NCBI GenBank assembly: GCA_051747585.1 | Contig: JBNJGH010000041.1 | Coordinates: 1-25,135, forward strand | Direction: 5' to 3' | Source of the DNA: Candidatus Rifleibacteriota bacterium | GTDB taxonomy: Bacteria; Muiribacteriota; Ozemobacteria; Ozemobacterales; Ozemobacteraceae | DNA length: 25,135 bases | Part shown: in pieces, positions 7,014-15,797 of the stretch | How the letters are laid out: each line of letters opens with the position of its first letter | Numbering within the stretch: the stretch's first letter is position 1 | Position numbers and translations under genes: made by a program | Notes under the pieces: generated by a model | What the model saw: only the letters and a program-made list of their open reading frames with translations | Told to the model about the DNA's origin: nothing | Databases searched by the model: none

Positions 7014-8447
7014 TCAGCAACCAAATGAAAGTTCAAATTCATAAGGATGAGGTCTAAGCATTACAGGTCTGGCTTCTTCTTCAAGCTTTCTTTTGATCCA
7101 GGTTTTTATAAGACCTTCAGAAAACACATTGTCACATTTAAGAAACTCGTTATCGGCTTCAAGAGCCTCAAGAGCTTCTACCAAATTACGTGGCAAAGAT
7201 TTGATTTTTGCTTTTTCTTCGGCAGGCAGTTCAAAAATATTACCATCGAGAGGGCCGACATTTTCGGTTTCGGGCTCGAGTTTTCGTTTGATGCCATCAA
7301 CACCGGCCATAACCATTGCCGCGAACATGAGATATGGGTTGGCGGTAGCATCGCCGGCTCTGTATTCAAATCTTTTGTCACCGGGTTCTTTAACATAGCC
7401 GGGTACTCTAATAGCAGCAGAACGATTTGAAGTTGCCATTACCACAGAAACCGGAGCTTCATAGCCGGGTACAAGTCGTTTATAAGAATTAGTCGAAGGA
7501 TTGGTAAATGCAGACAAGGCACGAGCATGGACAAGTATTCCGGTCATAAAATGCATAGCAGTCTTGCTCATACCGGCATAACCAGTCGGGTCAGAAAAAA
7601 CCGGCTTGTTATTGTTCATCAGTTTGAAATGCACATGAAAGCCATTGCCTGGAGCAGCAAACATTGGCTTGGGCATGAAGGTGGCACTCAAACCATTTAA
7701 TGCAGCAAAATTTCTGACTGCATATTTTATCTGCATGGTTTTATCGGCCATACTTCTGGCGGTGCCGAATTCTGTTTCGATTTCTACCTGACCGGGGCCA
7801 CCAACTTCGTGGTGATGGTATTTTACGCCGATTCCCATATCAAAAAGATCTTCGCAAAGCTGACTTCGGAAGGAGGCAAATCTGTCAGCGGGTTGCTCGC
7901 CATGGTAACCACCTTTCAGCGGCATGGGAAATCCACCGTTGCCATCTTCAACACTGCCGGTGTTCCAATGAGCCTGAAAAGAATTAACCATATATGAAGC
8001 TGCATTCATTTTATCTGTAAACGAAACTTCGTCAAAAAGATAAAACTCAAATTCAGGTCCCAGCAAAAGTTCATCGCCGACGCCAAGATCTTTGAGGCTT
8101 TGCTCTGCTTTATCACATACGAATCTCGGGTCTTGTTCAAATCTGGGTTCGTTTCCTTCGGTTTCATGAATATTACATACAAAAGCAATGGTTGGCTGCT
8201 GCCAGTATGGGTCAACAAAACCCGTACTCATATCGGGAATTAGAACCATATCGCTTTTATCAACTGCTCGAAAGCCATAGCTCGAGCCATCGAAACCAAA
8301 ACCTTCTTTAAGAACGGTTTCGGTCACATGTCTGGATGGAGTGGTTAAATGCCGCCATTTACCGAACAAATCACATGCTTTGAAATCAATATTAACTATT
8401 TTATTTTCTCTGATAAATTTAACTGCTTCTGCTGCTGACTTGAACAT
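7014..8447 (-). CDS. glnA: Glutamine synthetase type I (beta-type)
   Basis: GFDGSS, DMVLIPD, GPEFEFYLFD, HHHEVGGPGQVEI, ATFMPKP, GNGFHVH, NSYKRLVPGYEAP, NRSAAIRVP, RFEYR..DATANPYL, RPHPYEF. AAGGAG SD upstream. Confidence 0.97.
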   Translation of the reverse strand: MFKSAAEAVKFIRENKIVNIDFKACDLFGKWRHLTTPSRHVTETVLKEGFGFDGSSYGFRAVDKSDMVLIPDMSTGFVDPYWQQPTIAFVCNIHETEGNEPRFEQDPRFVCDKAEQSLKDLGVGDELLLGPEFEFYLFDEVSFTDKMNAASYMVNSFQAHWNTGSVEDGNGGFPMPLKGGYHGEQPADRFASFRSQLCEDLFDMGIGVKYHHHEVGGPGQVEIETEFGTARSMADKTMQIKYAVRNFAALNGLSATFMPKPMFAAPGNGFHVHFKLMNNNKPVFSDPTGYAGMSKTAMHFMTGILVHARALSAFTNPSTNSYKRLVPGYEAPVSVVMATSNRSAAIRVPGYVKEPGDKRFEYRAGDATANPYLMFAAMVMAGVDGIKRKLEPETENVGPLDGNIFELPAEEKAKIKSLPRNLVEALEALEADNEFLKCDNVFSEGLIKTWIKRKLEEEARPVMLRPHPYEFELSFGC

Positions 8448-8484
8448 TTAGTTGTCTCCTTTTATCCTTAAATTATGCAGGAGT

Positions 8485-8500
8485 ACATGTTATAACATGT
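8485..8500. promoter_or_regulatory. Perfect 16-bp palindrome ACATGTTATAACATGT upstream of glnA (candidate operator)
   Basis: The sequence equals its own reverse complement and lies 38-53 bp upstream of the glnA ATG. Confidence 0.5.
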
Positions 8501-8531
8501 TATTCTTAATTTTTCAGTCAAACTTTCGCAA

Positions 8532-8547
8532 TTTCATTATAATGAAA
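8532..8547. promoter_or_regulatory. Perfect 16-bp palindrome TTTCATTATAATGAAA (contains TATAAT on both strands)
   Basis: Self-complementary; located in the middle of the divergent glnA/pfkB intergenic region. Confidence 0.4.
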
Positions 8548-8586
8548 ACTCTTACTTAAGTCTTTCCGTATTTTTAAAGAATTGAA

Positions 8587-8615
8587 TTGACAAGAACCAA
8601 AGCAATGATTAGTCT
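8587..8615 (+). promoter_or_regulatory. Sigma70-type promoter for the PfkB kinase gene
   Basis: TTGACA (8587-8592), 17-nt spacer, TAGTCT (8610-8615). Confidence 0.65.
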
Positions 8616-8647
8616 TTGCTACATATCATTTCTTCAGGAATCAAAAT

Positions 8648-9631
8648 ATGACAGCTACCGATCGAAAATACCAGATTACCGCTATTTCAGATGCTCTTAC
8701 CGATATCATCATTGAGGTTGACGATGAACTGCTTGGCCGCCTCGAGTTGCCCAAAGGTAACAGCATCGAACTCAACGATGAAAACCAGAGTAAGTTGGAA
8801 AAAATTGTTGCAACCCACGAACAAAGCATTGCCCCCGGCGGATCTCCGACTAATGTAATTTACGGAGCCGGGAATCTGGGGCTGAGGTGCGCATTTATAG
8901 GCTGCGTCGGTAGCGATGACTATGGCTATGGCTATATCAACAACCTGCGTGAGAACGACATTGATACCTATGTCTCAATAAAAAGGGGTAATTCGGGCTT
9001 ATGCTATACCCTTATCAGCCCGGACGGGCAAAGAACATTTGGCCTTGACTTCGGTGTAGCCAAGCAACTGTATGAATACGAAATTCTTCACAGTCTGGTA
9101 AAAGATTCTGAGTTTCTTCACTTTTCAGCCTACGAATTTCGCGGCGACAATCCAATCAATTTTGCCACCAGACATGCAGCCGAGATTGCCCGCAAGCACG
9201 GCACAAAAATTTCTTTTGACCTGGGAGACAGTTTTGTAATTGAATCAAGTCGGGAACAAATCGAAGCTTTTCTAAAACAAAAAATAGACCTGCTTTTTGC
9301 CAATGAAGACGAAGCCCAAACACTCTGCGGGGGGAAAAACTACCGCAAGCTTTTGGAATATACAGACCTGGCAGTGGTAAAAATGGGTGCTTCGGGCGCG
9401 TTGGCAATCACACCAAACGAAGAAATCTGCGTTTGCGGCTATAAGGTCGAAGACGTTCGCGACACTAATGGCGCGGGTGACAATTTTCAGGCCGGCTTCT
9501 TTTATGGCTTACACAAAGGCCTCAGCCTGGAAAGCTGTGTAAAAATAGGTAATTTTCTTGCCGCAAACATCATTAGAAGAATAGGGGCCCAATCTCAGGT
9601 AAAAATAACCGGTATCGAGTTCTTTATCTGA
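8648..9631 (+). CDS. PfkB/ribokinase-family kinase (adenosine/inosine kinase-like)
   Basis: PGGSPTNV, GCVGSDDYG, ISPDGQRTF, FANEDEA, VVKMGASGA, and the PfkB signature DTNGAGDNF. Confidence 0.9.
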   Translation: MTATDRKYQITAISDALTDIIIEVDDELLGRLELPKGNSIELNDENQSKLEKIVATHEQSIAPGGSPTNVIYGAGNLGLRCAFIGCVGSDDYGYGYINNLRENDIDTYVSIKRGNSGLCYTLISPDGQRTFGLDFGVAKQLYEYEILHSLVKDSEFLHFSAYEFRGDNPINFATRHAAEIARKHGTKISFDLGDSFVIESSREQIEAFLKQKIDLLFANEDEAQTLCGGKNYRKLLEYTDLAVVKMGASGALAITPNEEICVCGYKVEDVRDTNGAGDNFQAGFFYGLHKGLSLESCVKIGNFLAANIIRRIGAQSQVKITGIEFFI

Positions 9632-9654
9632 TTATTTTTCCCTGAATATCCAAT

Positions 9655-11949
9655 TCAGTTTTCATAGGGTCTGACTTTCTGCTCTTCTAAAAGCTTGCGA
9701 ATATTACGCAACAAATCGATAGTTTTATAAGGCTTAGGCAGGAAACGTCCATAAAAGTCTGCATAAAAGCCTGAATCTAAAATTTCTTCATGGTAGCCGC
9801 TGCAGAAGACAACAGGAAGTTCGCCACCGAGTTCTTTAATTTTTTCGTAGGCACTTCTGCCCGTCATTTCAGGCATTATTATATCAAAAACCAGAATATC
9901 GATTTCATTTTTATAGCGCTTATATTGTTCGACTGCCTCTTTGCCGTTAACGGCAAAGATTACATTATAACCAGCCTTTCGAAGCATACGACCGGCAAAG
10001 TTTCTTACCAGTTCAGAATCTTCGGCCAGTAAAATTGTTTCATCACCCTCGAGACTTTCATCGACCTCAATAGAAGTTCGAGATTTAATTTCTCTCAATA
10101 CATCACTGGCAGGCAGATAAACTTCGAACTCAGCCCCCTCACCCAGCTCTGATTTGAGATTTATAAGACCATTGTGCTTTTGAATAACACCGTATACTAT
10201 GGCAAGTCCCAGTCCAGTGCCTTTGCCAACTTCTTTAGTGGTATAAAATGGCTCAAATATTTTTTTTAACTCTTTAGGAGAAATTCCCGGGCCATTATCT
10301 TTAACTATAATTTTAACGAAATGCCCCGGTTTTGCCCAGGGATTTTCAATACAAAAACTTTCGTTGAGTTTAGATTCCTGCGTTTTTATTATTATTCGCC
10401 CCTTACCCTCCATTGCATCGCGAGCATTGACACACAAATTGATTATAACCTGCTCGAGCTGCCCGGAATCTGCAACTACATAGGGCAGATCAGAACAAAA
10501 CTCGGTAACAATCTCTATTTGTTCACCAAGCAATCGTTCGAGCATGGTAATATATTCATCAAGCATTAGATTAACATCAAGAGTTTCTTTTATTTCGCGA
10601 CTCATGCGGCTGAAAGTAAGCAATTGACTGACAAGAGTCTGTGATTTATTTGCCGCTTCAATCAATGAATTAATACAATCTTGATTGTCATCATCTTCTG
10701 ACAGGCTCATTTTTACCATTTCTGCATAGCCTATAATAGCCTGAAGCATGTTATTGAAATCATGGGCGATACCTCCGGCAAGCTGACCGACAGCCTCGAG
10801 CTTCTGAGACTGCTGCATGGTGGTCTCTCTATTTTTCAACTCGGTTATATCTTCAACAATACCGACTATTATCTGTCCGATTCCGGTAGAACTGCGCTCG
10901 ACAATTTTTCCGATAAGATGAAGCCATCGATAACTTTCTTCTTCAAACTTAAAACGAAAACTTACATTGAGTTCATCAAGATGCCCGCTGACATAGCTGG
11001 CAAGCTTACTGAAAACATGTTTACGATCACTTTGGTGAATTTTGTTTTTAAATTCTCTGGAAGACAGTCTCGGAGTTTCAAAATTATCTATACCTGAAGT
11101 CAGGTTCTGGGTAAAATCTATCAGCTCAGCGGCCAGATTCCACTTAAACACAGCAATTTTACCAGTTTGCAAGGCCATCAAAAGCTGTTCGCGACTGTGA
11201 ATCAAGTCATCTCGAGCCTTTTCAAGCTCAAGGGTTCGATTAGCCACCTCAATTTCAAGATTATCTTTGTAATCAACCAGATCTTCATTCCACTGATCAA
11301 TTCGCATAAGATAGAAAAAGCCCACAAAGATGAACGGCACTCCAAGCAAAGCAAAAAACAGGGTTATATAAAAAGCAAGATCATGTGCTTCCCGAAGGCG
11401 GGACTGAATCGTAGCATTGTCAGAATCGGCGCAGGCCAGATATACTCTTCCTCCAGGCGAAAACATCGGAATCGCACAGGATCTGAAAACACCAAATTGA
11501 TCAGTATAAGTTGCAAAAACAGGCTTTTGCATTCTATAGGCTGCAACAAATTCATCGGGAATAGTTTTATAAGGATATAAATACCAGCGTTTCTTTCGCT
11601 GAGCTTCTTTTTTACTTACATTAGAAGCACTGAAGAAAAATTTTCCATTTTTTTCAACGACAGTGTAGACAAAGGGCAGATTAATACGAGCAGTGTAGCT
11701 GCCAAGCTTGTCCCTGATTTTCATTTCTTCGCTGAAAGAAATACTGTTTTTATTTAGCACCCTGTCCTGAAAATCTTCGGGCAAAAGGTGGGGTATACTC
11801 AAAGCGGCTGTTTTAAGCCCTTTATCAGTAAACTCCAATACCAGATTTTCCTGATAAGAGCGGAAATTGTAAAAAAAGACAATCAAGCCCAGAACATAAA
11901 GCCCTGAACAAAAAGTAAAACCAAATTTTCTTTTAAATCTTTGCTTCAC
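9655..11949 (-). CDS. Membrane-bound hybrid sensor histidine kinase (2 TM, extracytoplasmic sensor, PAS-like, HisKA, HATPase, receiver)
   Basis: H-box GQLAGGIAHDFNNML, N-box NLCVNARDAM, G1 DNGPGI, F/G2 FEPFYTTKEVGKGTGLGL, receiver LLAED..DIIMP..SGY..KPY. Two hydrophobic segments near aa 10-28 and 192-214. Confidence 0.93.
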   Translation of the reverse strand: MKQRFKRKFGFTFCSGLYVLGLIVFFYNFRSYQENLVLEFTDKGLKTAALSIPHLLPEDFQDRVLNKNSISFSEEMKIRDKLGSYTARINLPFVYTVVEKNGKFFFSASNVSKKEAQRKKRWYLYPYKTIPDEFVAAYRMQKPVFATYTDQFGVFRSCAIPMFSPGGRVYLACADSDNATIQSRLREAHDLAFYITLFFALLGVPFIFVGFFYLMRIDQWNEDLVDYKDNLEIEVANRTLELEKARDDLIHSREQLLMALQTGKIAVFKWNLAAELIDFTQNLTSGIDNFETPRLSSREFKNKIHQSDRKHVFSKLASYVSGHLDELNVSFRFKFEEESYRWLHLIGKIVERSSTGIGQIIVGIVEDITELKNRETTMQQSQKLEAVGQLAGGIAHDFNNMLQAIIGYAEMVKMSLSEDDDNQDCINSLIEAANKSQTLVSQLLTFSRMSREIKETLDVNLMLDEYITMLERLLGEQIEIVTEFCSDLPYVVADSGQLEQVIINLCVNARDAMEGKGRIIIKTQESKLNESFCIENPWAKPGHFVKIIVKDNGPGISPKELKKIFEPFYTTKEVGKGTGLGLAIVYGVIQKHNGLINLKSELGEGAEFEVYLPASDVLREIKSRTSIEVDESLEGDETILLAEDSELVRNFAGRMLRKAGYNVIFAVNGKEAVEQYKRYKNEIDILVFDIIMPEMTGRSAYEKIKELGGELPVVFCSGYHEEILDSGFYADFYGRFLPKPYKTIDLLRNIRKLLEEQKVRPYEN

Positions 11950-12003
11950 TATTTTGCCTTCTTAACTAAATTCTAGCAGGAAAAACAAGAAAATTACAGA
12001 TGC

Positions 12004-12035
12004 AAAAAAGGCCGCCCCAAAAAGGGCGGCCTTTT
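12004..12035 (-). terminator. Intrinsic terminator after nifJ (possibly bidirectional)
   Basis: Inverted repeat AAAAGGCCGCCC-caaaaa-GGGCGGCCTTTT; the minus-strand transcript ends in U6. Confidence 0.9.
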
Positions 12036-12056
12036 ATTTGTTTAATCAGCTGATAC

Positions 12057-15000
12057 TCAGGAATTGAATTTCATATCAGCAATCTGCTTATAAATGCTAT
12101 TTCTTAGTTTAACATCTTTCTGTCCAAGCTCAATAAGCTTTTTAGAGGCTTCAGGGTTAGCTTTCAACAGCATTCTATAACGATTTTCTCCATACACATA
12201 GTCTTCGAGACTCATTGAAGGTTCTTTAGAGTCAAGGCTGAGCGGATTTTTACCTTCAGCAATATTATCAGGATTAAATCTATACAGTGGCCAGTGACCA
12301 GAATTAACTGCATTCTTCTGTTCCTGAAGTCCGGCACCCATATCGATACCATGTGCAATACAATGGCTGTATGCTATAACGATAGCGGGGCCATCATAGT
12401 TTTCAGCTTCTATCATTGCTTTGAGAGTATGAGCCGGATTTGCACCAATACTGACTTTGGCTACATAAATGTTGCCGTAGGTCATGGATATTAGACCAAG
12501 ATCTTTTTTGGGCATTGGCTTACCGCCGGCAGCAAATTTAGCAACAGCTCCGAGAGGAGTTGCCTTACTCATCTGGCCACCGGTGTTAGAATAAACTTCG
12601 GTATCTAGAACCAGAACTTTTACGTTCTTGCCTGAGGCCAGAACATGGTCTAATCCGCCATAACCGATATCATAGGCCCATCCGTCGCCGCCAACGATCC
12701 ATACAGAACGTTTAACCAGATACTGAGCCATTTTGTAAAGACGCTTACAGATATCATCTTTGCAATCTTTGATTTTATCTTTGAGCTCTTCGACGTTGGC
12801 ACGCTGCTGTTCAATTTCATCCTGATTTTTCTGAGGATTGGCAAGAATCTTCTGAGCCACATCCTTCATGTCACAGGAACAATCGCATTCACAATTTTCA
12901 GCCTTGGCCAGAAGTTCTGCTGCTTCTTCCATAAGCTTGTCAGAAGCCAGTCTCATACCCATACCGAATTCAGCATTGTCTTCGAACAAGCTGTTAGACC
13001 AGGCAGGACCGCGGCCGTCTTCACGTTTGCAATACGGAGTGGTGGGCAGGTTCCCGCCATAGATTGAAGAACAACCTGTAGCATTTGCAATAAGAAGTCT
13101 GTCACCACAAATCTGAGTTACCAGTTTAATATAAGCGGTTTCACCACAACCTGCACAAGCTCCCGAGAACTCAAGCAGAGGTTTAACATACTGGCTGCCC
13201 TTGATGGTATTAAGATTAATGAGAGAGCGGTCTGGATCAGGAATCTGATTAAGGAAGAAATCCCAGTTTTCAGCTTCTTTCTGCCGCATATCTTCATCTT
13301 TAAGCTTCATATTGATGGCTTTGGTTTCAAGCTTTTTGCCTTCAGAATCTTTCTGATGAGCCGGGCAGATGCTCACACAAGCACCACAGCCGGTACAGTC
13401 TTCGGGGGCAACCTGAACCGTAAAGGCCATATCCTGTTTACCCATCATTTTGCAGGATTTGAAAGTTTCCGGAGCTTTTTCAGCCAGTTTGGGGTCATAA
13501 ATTTTGGTTCTAATAGCAGCATGAGGGCATACCATTGAGCACATTCCGCACTGAATACAGGCTTCTGTATCCCATACCGGCATTCTTATACCGACGTTTC
13601 TCTTTTCATACTGGGTAGTTCCGGTTGGGAAACTTCCATCTTCAGGCATCTGACTAACTTTTATATCATCACCGCGACCGGCAAGAATTGGCTCGAGCAC
13701 TTCTTTAACGAAGTCAGGAGCATCTTTAAGGTTCATAGCAGGTTTAAGATCTTCAGTTGCAGTAACCTTATCGGGCACTTCAACTTCGATGAGGCTTTCA
13801 AGAGCCTTGTCGATGGCGGCCCAGTTCATTTTTACGATTTCGTCGCCTTTTTTACCATAGGTTTTCTTGACCGCATCTTTGAGATACTGGATATAATCTT
13901 CGCGGGGAAGGATATTTGAAATTTCGAAAAAGCAAGTCTGCATAATCATATTGATACGATTACCAAGCCCGATAGACTCGGCCAGGTTTATGGCATCAAC
14001 AACAAAGAAACGTGCTTTTTTATCGATTATACGCTTCTGGGTAGTTTTAGGTAATTTGTCCCAGATTTCGTCTTTGCTGAAATGAGTTTCAAGCAGGAAT
14101 GCTCCACCATTTTTGAGACTCTTGAGCATGTCATATTTTTCCAGGAAACTGTAGTTATGACAAGCTATATAGTTAGCATGAGAAACGAGATAAGGGCATC
14201 TGAGAGGCTTTTTGCCGAATCTCAGATGAGATATGGTCATGCTGCCTGATTTTTTGGAATCATAAACAAAATAGCCCTGAGCGTTGTTCTCAGTCTTTTC
14301 ACCAATAATTTTGATAGCATCTTTATTGGCACCAACTGTTCCATCAGAGCCCAGGCCATAAAACATTGCAGAGAAAGTGTCTGGATCACTGGTTTCAACG
14401 ATGTCACCAAGATCAAGACTGGTATTGGCCATATCATCATCGATACCAACAGTGAAATGGTTCTTTGGTTTATCTTTGCTTAAATTATCAAAAACGGCAA
14501 TAACCTGGTTAGGAGTGAAGTCTTTGGAACCGAGACCATAGCGGCCGCCAACGATCTTTGGCCAATTGGTGAAAGGAGCTTCATCGTTTTCCAGAGCTTC
14601 GCCTACGCTGTTTCTAACGTCGAGATAAAGAGGTTCGCCGGCAGAGCCAGGTTCTTTGGTTCGATCAAGAACAGCAATAGATTTAACTGTTTTCGGCATA
14701 GCCTGAACCAGGTCTTTAGCGCTAAGTGGGCGATAAAGTCTTACTTTGATCAGGCCAACTTTTTCGCCTTTTTTGTTTAGATATTCAACAACTTCGTGAA
14801 CGGTTTCGGCACCGCTGCCCATGATGACAATGATTTTTTCGGCATCGGAAGCACCGACATAGTCAAAAAGCTTATAATTACGACCGGTAAGTTCGCCAAA
14901 TTTTTTCATTGCTTTGGTAACTATAGCCGGAGCAGCATCATAATAATTATTTACGGTTTCGCGCCCCTGGAAGAATACGTCAGGATTCTGGGCAGTACCA

Positions 15001-15650
15001 CGAACTACCGGGTGATCTGGACTCATACCACGCATACGATTTTCCGCAATCAATTCATCATCCATCATTGCCTTAACAGTTTCATCGCAAAGCAATTCAA
15101 TTTTTCTAACTTCATGAGAAGTCCTGAAACCATCAAAGAAGTGAACGAAAGGAACGCGGCTCTCAAGACTGGCGGCCTGAGCTATCAGCGCCATATCATG
15201 GGCTTCCTGAACTGATCCGGAAGCAAGAAGTCCAAAGCCAGTCTGACGTGCTGCCATTACATCACTGTGATCACAGAAAATAGACAGAGCCTGACAGGCT
15301 ACTGACCTGGCAGAGACATGAAATACAGTGGGAGTTAATTCCCCTGCTATTTTATACATATTAGGGATCATCAACAAAAGTCCCTGAGAGGCGGTAAAAG
15401 TAGTGGTTAAAGCACCAGTTGTAGCAGATCCGTGAATTGCGCCAGAGGCTCCGCCTTCTGATTGCATTTCACAAACATGTGGGACTGTACCCCAGACATT
15501 GGTTTGACCAGCTGCTGACCATGCATCTGCATGTTCACCCATGTTACTTGAAGGGGTAATCGGATAAATCGCAATTACCTCGTTAGTCTTGTGTGCAGTC
15601 AGCGCGGTGGCTTCGTTCCCATCCATCATTGCATATCTTTTATTTGTCAC
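12057..15650 (-). CDS. nifJ: Pyruvate:ferredoxin (flavodoxin) oxidoreductase, single-chain type
   Basis: DGNEA, IYPITPSS, EMQSEGGA, GLGSDGTVGANK, two ferredoxin motifs (CIQCGMCSMVCP; CTGCGACVSICP), EFSGACAGCGET, ANATGCSSIYGG, GGDGWAYDIG, YSHCIAHG. GTG start with GAGGAG SD. Confidence 0.97.
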   Translation of the reverse strand: MTNKRYAMMDGNEATALTAHKTNEVIAIYPITPSSNMGEHADAWSAAGQTNVWGTVPHVCEMQSEGGASGAIHGSATTGALTTTFTASQGLLLMIPNMYKIAGELTPTVFHVSARSVACQALSIFCDHSDVMAARQTGFGLLASGSVQEAHDMALIAQAASLESRVPFVHFFDGFRTSHEVRKIELLCDETVKAMMDDELIAENRMRGMSPDHPVVRGTAQNPDVFFQGRETVNNYYDAAPAIVTKAMKKFGELTGRNYKLFDYVGASDAEKIIVIMGSGAETVHEVVEYLNKKGEKVGLIKVRLYRPLSAKDLVQAMPKTVKSIAVLDRTKEPGSAGEPLYLDVRNSVGEALENDEAPFTNWPKIVGGRYGLGSKDFTPNQVIAVFDNLSKDKPKNHFTVGIDDDMANTSLDLGDIVETSDPDTFSAMFYGLGSDGTVGANKDAIKIIGEKTENNAQGYFVYDSKKSGSMTISHLRFGKKPLRCPYLVSHANYIACHNYSFLEKYDMLKSLKNGGAFLLETHFSKDEIWDKLPKTTQKRIIDKKARFFVVDAINLAESIGLGNRINMIMQTCFFEISNILPREDYIQYLKDAVKKTYGKKGDEIVKMNWAAIDKALESLIEVEVPDKVTATEDLKPAMNLKDAPDFVKEVLEPILAGRGDDIKVSQMPEDGSFPTGTTQYEKRNVGIRMPVWDTEACIQCGMCSMVCPHAAIRTKIYDPKLAEKAPETFKSCKMMGKQDMAFTVQVAPEDCTGCGACVSICPAHQKDSEGKKLETKAINMKLKDEDMRQKEAENWDFFLNQIPDPDRSLINLNTIKGSQYVKPLLEFSGACAGCGETAYIKLVTQICGDRLLIANATGCSSIYGGNLPTTPYCKREDGRGPAWSNSLFEDNAEFGMGMRLASDKLMEEAAELLAKAENCECDCSCDMKDVAQKILANPQKNQDEIEQQRANVEELKDKIKDCKDDICKRLYKMAQYLVKRSVWIVGGDGWAYDIGYGGLDHVLASGKNVKVLVLDTEVYSNTGGQMSKATPLGAVAKFAAGGKPMPKKDLGLISMTYGNIYVAKVSIGANPAHTLKAMIEAENYDGPAIVIAYSHCIAHGIDMGAGLQEQKNAVNSGHWPLYRFNPDNIAEGKNPLSLDSKEPSMSLEDYVYGENRYRMLLKANPEASKKLIELGQKDVKLRNSIYKQIADMKFNS

Positions 15651-15716
15651 AATCGCACTCCTCGTTGAGTATTGATGTCCTGGCTAAAATTTACCAGTCA
15701 TCTGTAACGCATGGTG

Positions 15717-15746
15717 ATTTTAAGCCAAGTTCCTGCAACAAGTCAA
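15717..15746 (-). promoter_or_regulatory. Sigma70-type promoter for nifJ
   Basis: Minus strand TTGACT (15746-15741), 18-nt spacer, TAAAAT (15722-15717). Confidence 0.6.
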
Positions 15747-15797
15747 CCTCATTTACCAGTTATTCTCTATTTGTTTATAATAACCGTTTCAAGGCTT

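Noticed and set aside
8487..8521. TTGACT (8521-8516) as the glnA -35 box
   Set aside because: The nearest -10-like hexamers are at 13, 21 or 23 nt spacing, so the promoter cannot be assigned.
9632..9660. Short CTGAAT/ATTCAG inverted repeat between the convergent pfkB and kinase genes
   Set aside because: AT-rich 6-bp stem without a proper U-tract; too weak to call a terminator.
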